The position numbers were made by a program, and so were the translations under genes. Of a stretch of DNA of 64,000 nt, positions 14,103-26,152 are shown in pieces (position 1 is the first letter of the stretch; the number at the start of each line of letters is the position of its first letter). The DNA is from an uncultured Coriobacteriia bacterium. GTDB taxonomy: Bacteria > Actinomycetota > Coriobacteriia > Anaerosomatales > PALSA-660. Under the pieces are notes generated by a model. It searched no databases, was not told the DNA's origin, and worked only from the letters and a program-made list of their open reading frames with translations. The stretch is taken from contig OY969691.1 in assembly GCA_963701985.1 (NCBI GenBank), positions 1,672,260-1,736,259 of the forward strand, read 5' to 3'.

Positions 14103-14613
14103 ATGGCGCGCAACGTCGCTCCGGTCTCGGAGCTGCAGGAGAAGGTCGTCTACATCAACCGCGTGTCGAAGGTCGTCAAGGGCGGCCGGCGCTTCTCGCT
14201 GACCGCGCTCGTGGTCGTGGGCGACGGCAACGGCAACGTGGGCGTCGGCATGGGCAAGTCCGCCGAGGTGCCGGTGGCGATCAAGAAGGGCGTCGAGGAC
14301 GCCAAGAAGAACATGTTCAAGGTCCCGCTCGTCGAACGGGACGATCCCGCACGCCGTGCTCGGCCGGTTCGGCGCCGGCCGGGTCCTGCTCAAGCCGGCC
14401 GCTCCCGGTACCGGGATCATCGCCGGCGGGCCGGTCCGCGCCCTGCTCGAGCTCGCGCGGCATCACGGACGTGCTCTCCAAGTCGCTCGGCTAGGACAAC
14501 GCGCTCAACATGGTCAAGGCCGCGGCCGAGGGCCTGAGACCCTCGCGAGCGCGGCGGAGATCGCACGCCGTCGCGGCAAGACGGTCGCCCAGGTCTACGG
14601 CTGGGAGGAGTAG
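14103..14613 (+). CDS. rpsE: 30S ribosomal protein S5 (frameshifts, one in-frame TAG)
   Basis: [15 protein letters not shown]; [12 protein letters not shown]. Confidence 0.95.
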
Positions 14614-14619
14614 GCCGCC

Positions 14620-14816
14620 ATGGCGAAGACGACGGCCAAGACGCTGAGGATCACCCAGGTGCGCAGTGGGATCGGTCTTGCCGCGCGACCAGCGCGCGAC
14701 CGTCCGCGCCCTGGGGATCAAGCGCATGCACGACACCGTGGAGCAGGCGGACACGCCGGCCATCCGTGGCATGATCGTCAAGGTCAGGCACCTCGTGAAG
14801 GTGGAAGAGGCTCTAG
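14620..14816 (+). CDS. rpmD: 50S ribosomal protein L30 (frameshifted)
   Basis: [11 protein letters not shown]; [19 protein letters not shown]. Confidence 0.93.
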
Positions 14817-14934
14817 AGCCGACGCACGGCCGCCGCGGACGCGGCGGCACGTATCGAGGAGTCAGCCGGCGGCGAGCGGCCGGCGACCGGGCGCGGACAG
14901 CGACCGGTGGCGTCCAAGAAGGAGATACGAACAG

Positions 14935-15378
14935 ATGCAGCTGAACGACCTCTCCCCGGCACCGGGGTCACGCAAGGACCGCAAGCGCGTCGGCCGCGGC
15001 CACGGCAGCGGCCACGGCGGCACGTCGGGCAGGGCGACAAGGGCCAGAACTCCCGCGCGGGTGGCGGCAAGGGCCCCGGGTTCGAGGGCGGCCAGAACGC
15101 CGCTCGCGATGCGTCTCCCGAAGCTTCCAGGCTTCACGAACCACTGGCGGCAGGAGTTCGATGTCGTCAACGTGCGGCGGCTCGACGCTCTGTTCGCTGA
15201 CGGTGACGTCGTCGACGCCGACTCGCTGAAGGCGAAGGGCGTCATCAAGTCCGCCGACGCGGCCGTCAAGGTCCTCGGCGACGGCGAGATCACCAAGAAA
15301 CTCACCGTTCAGCGTCGACAAGATATCGGCGAGCGGCTCGCGAGCAAGATCGAAGCTGCCGGAGGGACGGTCGAGTAG
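14935..15378 (+). CDS. rplO: 50S ribosomal protein L15 (frameshifted)
   Basis: [10 protein letters not shown]; FEGGQ; RLPKLPGF; KIEAAGG. Confidence 0.95.
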   Translation: MQLNDLSPAPGSRKDRKRVGRGHGSGHGGTSGRATRARTPARVAARAPGSRAARTPLAMRLPKLPGFTNHWRQEFDVVNVRRLDALFADGDVVDADSLKAKGVIKSADAAVKVLGDGEITKKLTVQRRQDIGERLASKIEAAGGTVE

Positions 15379-15380
15379 CC

Positions 15381-17399
<2,019 letters not shown>

Positions 17400-17412
17400 G
17401 GCGGTCGCGGAC

Positions 17413-18168
17413 ATGATCGTGAGGAAGTCCATCGCGGAGCTGGCCCTCATGCGCGAGGCCGGGCGGGTGACCGCGCGGGCCCTGCGGGCCGTCGGAGACG
17501 CCGTGCGCCCGGGCGTCACGACGGCCGAGCTCGACGACGTGGCGGCGGCGACGATCAGGCGAGGCCGGGGCGCGCGCCGGCGTTCATGGGCTACCACGGC
17601 TTCCCGGCGACGATCTGCGCGTCGCGTCAACGGCCAGATCGTGCACGGCATACCCGGCAGCAGACGCGCTTGTCGAAGGCGACATCATCTCCATCGACGT
17701 GGGCGCGATCGTGGACGGTTACTTCGGCGACTCCGCCCGCACGTTCGCCTGTCGGCGCGCATCTCCGGTGAGGCCCGGCGGCTGCTCGACGTGACCGAGC
17801 GCAGTCTCGAGGCCGGGATCGCCCGCTGCGTCCCCGGCAACCGGCTGTTCGACATCGGCGCCGCGGTGCAGGCCGTCGCCGAGGGCGCGGGGTTCTCGGT
17901 GGTGCGCGAGTACGTCGGTCACGGCATCGGGCGCGCAGATGCACGAGGAGCCGCAAGTCCCGAACTACGGAACCGCCGGCAAGGGGCCGACGCTCCTGGC
18001 CGGGCATGGTGCTCGCGATCGAGCCCATGGTGAACGCCGGTTCCGCCGCGGTCCGGCAACTCGAGGACGGATGGACGGTCGTGACGGCCGACGGATGCGC
18101 TGTCGGCGCACTTCGAGCACACAGTGGCGATCACCGATGAAGGGCCGAGGATCCTGACCCTGGAATAG
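17413..18168 (+). CDS. map: Methionine aminopeptidase type I (frameshifted)
   Basis: VHGIP; DSART; YVGHGIG; HEEPQV; SAHFEHT. Confidence 0.93.
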
Positions 18169-18225
18169 GGGATGGGAGGAGTTCCTCCGGCCCCCGCGGC
18201 GACACGGGATAGAACAACCGCTGGC

Positions 18226-18253
18226 TGGACGCACAACCGGGTGTTGATATACT
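18226..18253 (+). promoter_or_regulatory. Putative promoter of infA and the alpha operon
   Basis: TGGACG-N16-TATACT with TG extended -10, upstream of infA. Confidence 0.55.
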
Positions 18254-18299
18254 CCCCGTTTGCGGCTTGAGCGACCCGCGCGAGGAAGGGAGATCCTGT

Positions 18300-18521
18300 T
18301 TGGCAAAGCGCGACGACGCCATCGAGATGGAAGGCACCGTGGTCGAACCCCTCCCCAACGCGATGTTCCGGGTCGAGTTGGAGAACGGCCACCGGGTGCT
18401 CGCGCATATCTCGGGAAAGATGCGCATGCACTACATCCGCATCCTGCCGGGAGACAAGGTGGTCGTCGAGCTCTCTCCCTACGACCTGACGCGCGGCCGT
18501 ATCACGTATCGGTACAAGTAG
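18300..18521 (+). CDS. infA: Translation initiation factor IF-1
   Basis: [24 protein letters not shown]...GRITYRYK. Confidence 0.97.
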   Translation: MAKRDDAIEMEGTVVEPLPNAMFRVELENGHRVLAHISGKMRMHYIRILPGDKVVVELSPYDLTRGRITYRYK

Positions 18522-18644
18522 GCAGGCAAGTCCGCGCCGCCGGACAACGGGACACTCCCGGTGGCGTGTGTTCTGGTACGACAACTCACACCTGCGGCTG
18601 GGTGTGCACATAGAGCGGATGTCTGTCGAAGGGATCTCGGGCAC

Positions 18645-18758
18645 ATGAAGGTTCGGCCCTCTGTCAAGAGGATCTGTGAGAAGTGCAAGGTGATCCGCCG
18701 CCACGGGCGCGTTCTCGTCATCTGCGAGAACCCGCGTCACAAGCAGCGGCAGGGCTAG
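18645..18758 (+). CDS. rpmJ: 50S ribosomal protein L36 (zinc-binding form)
   Basis: [37 protein letters not shown]. Confidence 0.98.
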   Translation: MKVRPSVKRICEKCKVIRRHGRVLVICENPRHKQRQG

Positions 18759-18780
18759 TCCGACTCGAAGGAGACGTACG

Positions 18781-19157
18781 TTGGCTCGTATAGCCGGAGT
18801 CGACCTTCCGCGTGAGAAGCGCGTGGAAGTCGGCCTCACCTACATCTTCGGCATCGGTCTGACGACCAGCCAGAAGGTGCTTCGCGAGACGGGCATCAAC
18901 CCGACACGCGTGTCCGCAACCTCACCGAGGAGGAGGTCGTCCGCCTCCGTGAGTACATCGACCGCCAGCTGAAGGTCGAAGGCGACCTTCGCCGCGAGGT
19001 GTCGCAGAACATCAAGCGGCTGATGGAGATCGGCTGCTACCGCGGGCTGCGCCATCGCAGGGGCCTGCCTGTTCGTGGCCAGCGCACCCACACGAACGCG
19101 CGTACGCGCAAGGGTCCGCGCAGGCAGATCGGCGCGAGGAAGAAGGCAGGTAAGTAG
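18781..19157 (+). CDS. rpsM: 30S ribosomal protein S13 (frameshifted)
   Basis: ARIAGVDLP; [17 protein letters not shown]. Confidence 0.96.
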
Positions 19158-19159
19158 CG

Positions 19160-19567
19160 ATGGCAGCCGCTCCCAAGAAGAAGACCGCGAAGACGCGCGT
19201 CAAGCGCAGCGAGCGCAAGAACATCGCTGTCGGCCAGGCGCACATCAAGTCGACGTTCAACAACACGATCATCTCGATCACCGATCCCGCGGGCAACGTC
19301 ATCGCATGGCGCAGCGCCGGCCAGGTCGGTTTCAAGGGCTCACGCAAGTCGACGCCGTTCGCGGCGCAGCTGGCGGCCGAGCAGTGCGCCAAGGACGCCA
19401 TGGAGCACGGCATGCGCAAGGTGTCCGTGTTCGTGAAGGGCCCCGGCTCGGGACGAGAGACGGCGATACGGTCGCTGCAGGCCACCGGCCTCGAGATCGC
19501 GAGCATCCAGGACTGCACACCCGTCCCGCACAACGGCTGCCGCCCGCGCAAGCGGCGTCGCGTGTAG
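19160..19567 (+). CDS. rpsK: 30S ribosomal protein S11
   Basis: STFNNTI; [11 protein letters not shown]; [10 protein letters not shown]. Confidence 0.98.
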   Translation: MAAAPKKKTAKTRVKRSERKNIAVGQAHIKSTFNNTIISITDPAGNVIAWRSAGQVGFKGSRKSTPFAAQLAAEQCAKDAMEHGMRKVSVFVKGPGSGRETAIRSLQATGLEIASIQDCTPVPHNGCRPRKRRRV

Positions 19568-19592
19568 CCGCGCGTACAGGAGGACGACACAC

Positions 19593-20220
19593 ATGGCACG
19601 TTACACAGGAGCGGACTGCCGCCTCTGCCGCCGCGAGGGCGTCAAGCTGTTCCTCAAGGGCGATCGCTGCTACAGCGACAAGTGCGGCGTCGAGCGCCGC
19701 CCGTTCCCCCCGGGCAGAAGCAGGCCGCAAGCGCCCGCGGGACAGCGAATACCGCGTGCAGCTGCGTGAGAAGCAGAAGGCGAAGCGCTCCTACGGCGTG
19801 CTCGAGAAGCAGTTCCGCACGTACTACCAGATCGCGAGCCGCCAGCAGGGCAAGTCGGGCGAGAACCTGCTCCGGCTGCTCGAGACACGTCTCGACAACG
19901 TGGTGTACCGTCTCGGTTTCGCCGCCTCTCGCGACGAGGCCCGGCAGACCGTGCGGCACAACCACATGCTCGTGAACGGCAAGCGCGTCAACATCCCGAG
20001 CTATCGCGTCCGTCCGGGCGACAACGTCGCCGTGGCGGACAAGGCCAAGGACCTCTCGGTCATCAAGGCCGCGATCATCTCATCGGCACGCATCGAAGTC
20101 CCGGCCTGGCTGCAGGTCGACGTCGAGAAGCTGCAGGGCAAGGTGCTGTCGCTGCCGACACGCGATCAGATCGACATGCCGGTCCGCGAGCAGCTCATCG
20201 TCGAGCTGTACTCGAAGTAG
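19593..20220 (+). CDS. rpsD: 30S ribosomal protein S4 (frameshifted)
   Basis: CRLCRRE; QLREKQK; [13 protein letters not shown]; IVELYSK. Confidence 0.96.
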
Positions 20221-20260
20221 TCCGACGCCACCATCGACCCCGCTTTAGGAGGCTAGGTAG

Positions 20261-21193
20261 ATGACAGAGTTCATGAGGCCGTCGGTCTCGGTCGAGCCGA
20301 TCGACGATCGCACCGCGCGATACGTCGTCGAGCCGCTCGAGCGCGGCTTCGGGTACACGCTCGGCAACTGCATGCGCAGGGTGTTGCTGTCCTCGCTGCA
20401 GGGAGCGGCGGCCACGTCGATCCGCATCGAGGGCGTGCAGCACGAGTTCACCGCGGTGGACGGCGTCCGTCAGGACGTGACCGACCTGGTGCTCAACGTG
20501 AAGCAGCTGGTGTTCCGCGAGACCGGCATCGGCGACGACGCCGTGGCCACGCTGTCCGTGACCGGCCCCATGACCGCCACCGCGGCCGATCTCAACGTGC
20601 CTTCCGAGTTCGAGCTGGTGAACCCCGAGTCCGTCATCGCGGACCTCGACAAGGGCGCGAAGCTGGAGATGTCGGTGCGCATCGGCGTCGGTCGGGGCTA
20701 CGTGTCGGCGGACCGCAACAAGCGTCCGGACGACCCTCTCGGCGTCATCACGGTCGACTCGCTGTTCAGCCCGGTCGTGCGCTGCACGTATCTGGTCGAG
20801 AACACCCGCGTCGGCCAGCGCACCGACTATGACAAGCTCACGCTCGAGCTCGAGACGAACGGCGCGATCGAGCCGGGAGAGGCCGTCGCGCGCGCCGCGC
20901 GCATCATCAACGATCACATGGCGCTGTTCGAGTCGCAGGCCGTCGGCGAGCTGGCCGGCGAGACCTTCGCCGACCTGCCGGAGGAGGGCGAGACCATCCT
21001 CGACACTCCGATCGAGGACCTCGACCTCTCGGTCCGCTCGTTCAACTGCCTCAAGCGGCAGGGCGTGAACACCATCGGCCAGCTCGTGGAGTGCACCGAG
21101 GCCGACCTGCTCAACATCCGGAACTTCGGCGCCAAGTCCATCGAAGAAGTGAAGGACAAGCTTCAAGGGATGGGCCTGGGGCTCAAGGGCTAG
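20261..21193 (+). CDS. rpoA: RNA polymerase alpha subunit
   Basis: EPLERGFGYTLGN; LSVRSFNCLKR; NFGAKS. Confidence 0.98.
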   Translation: MTEFMRPSVSVEPIDDRTARYVVEPLERGFGYTLGNCMRRVLLSSLQGAAATSIRIEGVQHEFTAVDGVRQDVTDLVLNVKQLVFRETGIGDDAVATLSVTGPMTATAADLNVPSEFELVNPESVIADLDKGAKLEMSVRIGVGRGYVSADRNKRPDDPLGVITVDSLFSPVVRCTYLVENTRVGQRTDYDKLTLELETNGAIEPGEAVARAARIINDHMALFESQAVGELAGETFADLPEEGETILDTPIEDLDLSVRSFNCLKRQGVNTIGQLVECTEADLLNIRNFGAKSIEEVKDKLQGMGLGLKG

Positions 21194-21212
21194 AGAGATT
21201 GGGAAGCAAACG

Positions 21213-21605
21213 ATGCGACACCTGAAGAAAGGTCGCGCGCTCGGCACCGACGCGAGCCACACGACCGCGATGCTGCGCTCTCTCGCCCTCGCGCTGCTCG
21301 TGAACGAGCGGATCAAGACGACCGAGGCGCGCGCCAAGGAGGTCCGCCCGCTCGTCGAGCGGATCATCACGCTCGGTAAGCGCGGCGACGTGCATGCTCG
21401 CCGCCTCATCATCGCCGCGCTCGGCGGTGAGAAGAAGGTCGTCAACCCGGCGACCGGCAAGCAGGACCTCGAGATGAGCTACCGCGTGATCCATGATCTC
21501 GCGCCGCGGTTCGCCGATCGTGAAGGCGGGTACACGCGCATCTTCAAGCTCGGCCCGCGCAAGGGCGACAACGCGACGATGGTCATCATGGAGCTCGTCG
21601 ACTGA
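21213..21605 (+). CDS. rplQ: 50S ribosomal protein L17
   Basis: MRH...IKTTEARAKE...GGYTRIFKLGPRKGDNA. Confidence 0.97.
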   Translation: MRHLKKGRALGTDASHTTAMLRSLALALLVNERIKTTEARAKEVRPLVERIITLGKRGDVHARRLIIAALGGEKKVVNPATGKQDLEMSYRVIHDLAPRFADREGGYTRIFKLGPRKGDNATMVIMELVD

Positions 21606-21745
21606 CGGCGCGCTCGCGACGACGGCCGCGCCCCGTCGGACGGCCGCCGGACCGCGGCCGCTGTGTGTAGTATCTCGGGAGGGCCCGCTCGTCGCGGACC
21701 CTCCCGATCCGTCTTCGGACGGGCCGCTCGCGAGGAGTGCTGTCC

Positions 21746-22561
21746 GTGATCGTTCTCGACTCCGTCTCGCACCGCTACCGTCCCGACGCGCCTCTCGCCC
21801 TGGACGGCGTTTCGTTGCGACTGCACGAGAGCCAGCTCACCGTCCTCGTCGGCGCCAACGGCTCCGGGAAGTCGACGCTGGCCCGGCTGTGCGACGGGCT
21901 GCTGCTGCCGTCGTCAGGGCGCGTCACGGTCGATGACCTGGACACCTCGGACCCCTCGACGCTATGGGACGTCCGTTCCCTGGTGGGGATGGTCTTCCAA
22001 GACCCCGACGACCAGATCGTCGGCACCGTCGTCGAGGAGGATTGCGCGTTCGGGCCGGAGAACGTCGGGCTGCCTCCCGCCGAGATCCGCGGGCGTGTGG
22101 ACGAGGCGCTCGCCGCGGTGGGGCTCGAGGGACTCGAGCGCAGGGAGCCGCACCTTCTCTCCGAGGGCCAGAAGCAACGACTCGCCGTCGCGGGCGCCCT
22201 CGCGATGCGCCCCCGGTATCTCGTGCTCGACGAGCCGACCGCCATGCTCGATCCTGACGGGCGCAGGGCGGTGCTCGCCATCTGCGAACGGCTCGCGCAC
22301 CGCGAAGGGCACGGGGTCGTGCTTGTCACGCACGACACGGCCGCGCTTTCGTGCGCCGACCGCGTCATCGGTCTCGCTGCGGGCCGCGTCGTCCACGACG
22401 GCGCGCCCGAAGACATCCTCGCGCAGCCGTCGCTGCTCGCCGGCCTCGGACTGGAACTGCCGCCCGCGGGCGTGCTCGCCGACCGGTTGCGCGCCGCCGG
22501 ACTGCCGGTCCCGCTGGCCGCTCTGGACGCGGGCGCGGTGGTGGCGTCGTTATGGCCCTGA
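21746..22561 (+). CDS. ecfA1: ECF transporter ATPase EcfA1
   Basis: GANGSGKS; VFQDPDDQ; LDEPTAMLDP; context after rplQ. Confidence 0.88.
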   Translation: MIVLDSVSHRYRPDAPLALDGVSLRLHESQLTVLVGANGSGKSTLARLCDGLLLPSSGRVTVDDLDTSDPSTLWDVRSLVGMVFQDPDDQIVGTVVEEDCAFGPENVGLPPAEIRGRVDEALAAVGLEGLERREPHLLSEGQKQRLAVAGALAMRPRYLVLDEPTAMLDPDGRRAVLAICERLAHREGHGVVLVTHDTAALSCADRVIGLAAGRVVHDGAPEDILAQPSLLAGLGLELPPAGVLADRLRAAGLPVPLAALDAGAVVASLWP

Positions 22562-23403
22562 CACTCGACCACGTGACGTGCACCTACGCGGCGGGTTCGG
22601 CCATGGAGTCCGTCGCGCTCGAGGATCTCACGCTCACGGTCGACGTCGGGGGGCTGACGGTCGTCGTGGGGCCGACCGGATCGGGCAAGACGACGCTGCT
22701 GCGCGCTGCGGCGGGCCTCCTCGCGACGTCGGCGGGCGAGGTGCGCGCCGATGGCGCGCCGGTCCGCGGGGCCGGTTCGGTGACCGGGCGCGTCGGGCTG
22801 TTGTTCCAGCGGCCCGAAGCGCAGTTCTTCGCGCTCTCGGTGGAAGAGGACTGCGCGTTCGGCCCGCGGAACCTCGGACGGACCCGCGACGAGGCCCGTG
22901 AAGACGCTCGCGACGCGCTGCGCGTCGTCGGTCTCGCACCGGACGAGTTCGGCGCGCGCGAGCCGTGGGGGCTGTCGGGAGGGGAGGCGCGCCGCGCGGC
23001 CCTCGCCGGCGTCCTGGCGATGCGCCCGCGCTACCTGCTCCTCGACGAGCCGACGGCGGGGCTCGACGAGGCGGGCCGCCGGGCGGTGCACCGTGCCGTG
23101 GCGGCCGCCCGAGCGGCGGCCGGTGTCGTCGTCGTGACGCACGACCCCGATGAGTTCCTGCGGTCGGCGGACGCGGCGGTCGTGCTCCACGAAGGGCGCG
23201 GCATGTACTCGGGGCCGATCGGCGGTCTGCTGGACGCCGTGCCCGACCTGTGGGCGCGCGGCGTCATGGAGCCCCCGGAGATCGCGCGGGCGCTCCTGCT
23301 CGCCCGCGCGGCGGGGGCTCGGCTGGACGACGGCCTCACACTCGACGCGGGCCGCGCGGCCGAGTCGCTCGCGCGTGCGGCCCGGGCGGGGGGCGCGTCG
23401 TGA
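22552..23403 (+). CDS. ecfA2: ECF transporter ATPase EcfA2
   Basis: GPTGSGKT; LFQRPEAQ; LSGGE; LDEPTAGLD. Confidence 0.88.
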   Translation: MALTLDHVTCTYAAGSAMESVALEDLTLTVDVGGLTVVVGPTGSGKTTLLRAAAGLLATSAGEVRADGAPVRGAGSVTGRVGLLFQRPEAQFFALSVEEDCAFGPRNLGRTRDEAREDARDALRVVGLAPDEFGAREPWGLSGGEARRAALAGVLAMRPRYLLLDEPTAGLDEAGRRAVHRAVAAARAAAGVVVVTHDPDEFLRSADAAVVLHEGRGMYSGPIGGLLDAVPDLWARGVMEPPEIARALLLARAAGARLDDGLTLDAGRAAESLARAARAGGAS

Positions 23404-24197
23404 GCGCGATGTCCGGCATCGGGCAGTACGTGCCGATCGACTCGCCGGTCCACCGGCTCGACGCTGCGGCGAAGATCGGTGTGGCGGCCGCCTTCACCGT
23501 CGCGCTCTTCCTGGTCGGTACCTTCCAGGGGCTGGCGGCGATGGCCGCCGCCGTGGCGGTGGCGGTGGCGATCTCGCGAGTGCCGCCGCGAGCGCTCCTG
23601 CGGGGTCTCTCCGCGGTGGGCCTGCTCATGGTCTTGACGCTCGTGGTCAACGCCTTCTTGCCGGTGCCACCCGTGGTGCCGCTCGCACGGTTCGGCGGTA
23701 TCGTTCTGAACGGCACCGGACTTCTCACGGGCACGTTCTTCGCCGTGCGGATCATGCTCCTCGTGACGGGCACGTCCCTGCTGACCCTCACCACGAGCCC
23801 GGTGGAGCTGGCGGGCGGGATCGAGCGGGTCTTGGCGCCCCTGACGTTCTTCCGCGTGCCGGTGGGGGACATCGCGATGACGCTGACCATCGCGCTCAGG
23901 TTCATCCCCACCACCGCGGCCGAGGCGGAGAACATCGTGACGGCACAACAGGCGCGAGGGGCCGTGTTCGATCGCGGTGGGCCGATGAAGCGCGCGAGAG
24001 CCTACGCGCCGGTGCTCATCCCGCTCTTCTACCAGCTGTTCCGTCGGGCCGACGCCCTCGCGACCGCGATGGAGGCCCGCTGTTATCGCGGGAGCGAGGG
24101 CCGCACGCGGCTGCACGAGGTACGCATGAGAGGGCGCGACTGGTCGGTCCTGCTCGTGGCCGGCATCCTCCTCCTGACGGCGGGGTGGTTCCTGTGA
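23400..24197 (+). CDS. ecfT: ECF transporter transmembrane T component
   Basis: GQYVPIDSPVHRLD; IALRFIP; ARG and EARCY motifs. Confidence 0.9.
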   Translation: MSAMSGIGQYVPIDSPVHRLDAAAKIGVAAAFTVALFLVGTFQGLAAMAAAVAVAVAISRVPPRALLRGLSAVGLLMVLTLVVNAFLPVPPVVPLARFGGIVLNGTGLLTGTFFAVRIMLLVTGTSLLTLTTSPVELAGGIERVLAPLTFFRVPVGDIAMTLTIALRFIPTTAAEAENIVTAQQARGAVFDRGGPMKRARAYAPVLIPLFYQLFRRADALATAMEARCYRGSEGRTRLHEVRMRGRDWSVLLVAGILLLTAGWFL

Positions 24198-24970
24198 ACG
24201 CTCGGACGACCGTGCTCACGATCGCGTACGACGGCGCGCCGTTCCACGGCTTCGCCCGTCAGCCCGGCCTGCCCACCGTGCAGGGGATACTCGAGGACGC
24301 CCTCGCCGTCGTGCTGCGGCGTGACGTCGCGACCGTGGGCGCCGGACGGACGGACGCGGGCGTCCACGCGCTCGGCCAGGTCGTGAGCTTCGAGGCGGCG
24401 GAGGGAGATCCCGACTCCGCGTCCCTGCGCCGCTCGGTCAGCGCGCTGGCCGGGCCGCACATCGTGGTGACCGGTGTGCGCGAGGCGCGGCCCGACTTCT
24501 CCGCGCGCCGTTCGGCGGCGTCGCGCGAGTACCGCTATCGCATCGTGCCGGGCCCGGTCGCGCCCATGTTCCTGGGGGGAGTCGCGTGGTGGGTGAAGCC
24601 CGCGCTCGATGTTCCCGCCATGCGGAGAGCCGGCGCGGCGCTGGTCGGCGAGCATGACTTCCGGTCGTTCTGCGCGAGCGAGAGCGCCGAGGGCCGCCGC
24701 ACGGTGCGCGACGTGGAGCTCGTGGAGATCGATCCGGCGTGCGAGCTCGGCGAGCACTGTCTGGTCGTGCGCGTGGTCGGGAGCGGGTTCCTGCACTCGA
24801 TGGTGCGCATCATCGTCGGATCGCTCGTCGAGGTGGGTGAGGGCGACCGCGACGCCTCGTGGCTCGCGCGCGCGCTGGAGGCCCGGGACCGGACCGCGGC
24901 CGGCCCCACGGCGCCGGCCCACGGGCTCACCCTGTGGCACGTGTCGTATCCGGAGGAGTGGTGGCTGTAG
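24194..24970 (+). CDS. truA: tRNA pseudouridine(38-40) synthase
   Basis: IAYDG; AGRTDAGVHALGQ; FLHSMVR; TAPAHGLTL. Confidence 0.95.
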   Translation: MNARTTVLTIAYDGAPFHGFARQPGLPTVQGILEDALAVVLRRDVATVGAGRTDAGVHALGQVVSFEAAEGDPDSASLRRSVSALAGPHIVVTGVREARPDFSARRSAASREYRYRIVPGPVAPMFLGGVAWWVKPALDVPAMRRAGAALVGEHDFRSFCASESAEGRRTVRDVELVEIDPACELGEHCLVVRVVGSGFLHSMVRIIVGSLVEVGEGDRDASWLARALEARDRTAAGPTAPAHGLTLWHVSYPEEWWL

Positions 24971-25048
24971 CCGCTCGGGCGGCCCGAGGTGGGTACGAAG
25001 GGGACGCGGGATCGAGATCGGGTAGACACGCCCGGGAGCGTTTGTTCG

Positions 25049-25077
25049 TTGACGGGCATCAGGCACCGTGGCACACT
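25049..25077 (+). promoter_or_regulatory. Putative promoter of rplM-rpsI
   Basis: TTGACG-N17-CACACT with TG extension. Confidence 0.5.
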
Positions 25078-25165
25078 ACGAGGGTTCGTCGTGGCGAACC
25101 GCCCGTGGACGCGGGCCGGTCCGCCGCGACGCCGTTTCGACAGGCATGTGTGCGAGGAGATCCTC

Positions 25166-25609
25166 TTGAAGACGTATCACGCGAAACCCGGCGAAGTCGA
25201 GCGCGAGTGGCTGCTCGTCGACGCTGACGGCTTGACCCTCGGCAGGCTCGCGAGCGAGGTGGCTCAGATCCTGAAGGGCAAGCGCAAGCCGCAGTACACG
25301 CCGCACGTGGACACCGGCGACTTCGTCATCATCGTCAACGCGTCGAAGGTGAAGGTCACCGGCAACAAGCTGGCCGGGAAGAGCTACTTCCACCATTCGG
25401 GACACCCCGGCGGTCTCAAGGAGGTCACGCTCCAGGACCAGCTCGCGAAGCATCCCACGCGCGTGATCGAGCACGCAGTCAAAGGCATGTTGCCGAAGAA
25501 CACGCTCGGGAGGGCCATGGGCATGAAGCTCAAGGTCTACGCGGGTCCGGAGCACCGGCACCAGGCGCAGAAGCCCCGTCAGATCACGCTGGAGGATCAG
25601 CAGTCATGA
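25166..25609 (+). CDS. rplM: 50S ribosomal protein L13
   Basis: LGRLASEVA; [11 protein letters not shown]; KGMLPK; TTG start. Confidence 0.97.
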   Translation: MKTYHAKPGEVEREWLLVDADGLTLGRLASEVAQILKGKRKPQYTPHVDTGDFVIIVNASKVKVTGNKLAGKSYFHHSGHPGGLKEVTLQDQLAKHPTRVIEHAVKGMLPKNTLGRAMGMKLKVYAGPEHRHQAQKPRQITLEDQQS

Positions 25610-26001
25610 CCGACAAGGCCATCTATCAGGGCACGGGCCGCCGCAAGTCCTCCGTCGCACGGGTGCGGCTGATGCCGGGGACCGGCACCGTCACGGTGAA
25701 CGGCCGCGACGGTGCCGCGTACTTCGGGCGCGCCGTCCTCATGACGCTCGTGGAGACCCCGTTCAAGGTGACCGAGACGCAGGGACGCTTCGACGTCATC
25801 GCCTCGATCCACGGCGGCGGGCTCTCAGGGCAGGCAGGCGCGCTCCGGCACGGCATCGCGCGCGCCATGCTCGAGGCTGGCGAGGACTATCGCACCGAGC
25901 TCAAGCGCGCCGGCCTTCTCCGCCGGGACCCGCGCATGGTGGAGCGCAAGAAGTACGGGCTGAAGAAGGCCCGCAAGCGTCCGCAGTTCAGCAAGCGCTA
26001 G
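25606..26001 (+). CDS. rpsI: 30S ribosomal protein S9
   Basis: [12 protein letters not shown]; [10 protein letters not shown]; QFSKR. Confidence 0.98.
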   Translation: MTDKAIYQGTGRRKSSVARVRLMPGTGTVTVNGRDGAAYFGRAVLMTLVETPFKVTETQGRFDVIASIHGGGLSGQAGALRHGIARAMLEAGEDYRTELKRAGLLRRDPRMVERKKYGLKKARKRPQFSKR

Positions 26002-26013
26002 CACGCGCGCGCT

Positions 26014-26064
26014 CGACCGGAGACCCGCCCGCCGCACGTTTCGGCGAGGGCGGGTCTCCGGTCG
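26014..26064 (+). terminator. Long hairpin after rpsI
   Basis: 17-bp perfect inverted repeat CGACCGGAGACCCGCCC / GGGCGGGTCTCCGGTCG. Confidence 0.65.
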
Positions 26065-26152
26065 TCTGGGGTATCATGCGTCTCGCCGACGCGGCCCGCG
26101 GGATCGCGCGAGCGCCCGGCCAGACTCCCTTCGAACGAAGGAACGATACGAC

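Noticed and set aside
14492-14494. In-frame TAG in rpsE (KSLG*DN), and similarly in guaA at 53766-53768, as possible amber recoding
   Set aside because: TAG is the normal stop for many genes here. Both sites are one substitution from the expected codon (TCG, CAG) and lie in error-rich blocks, and there are no pyl genes in the window.
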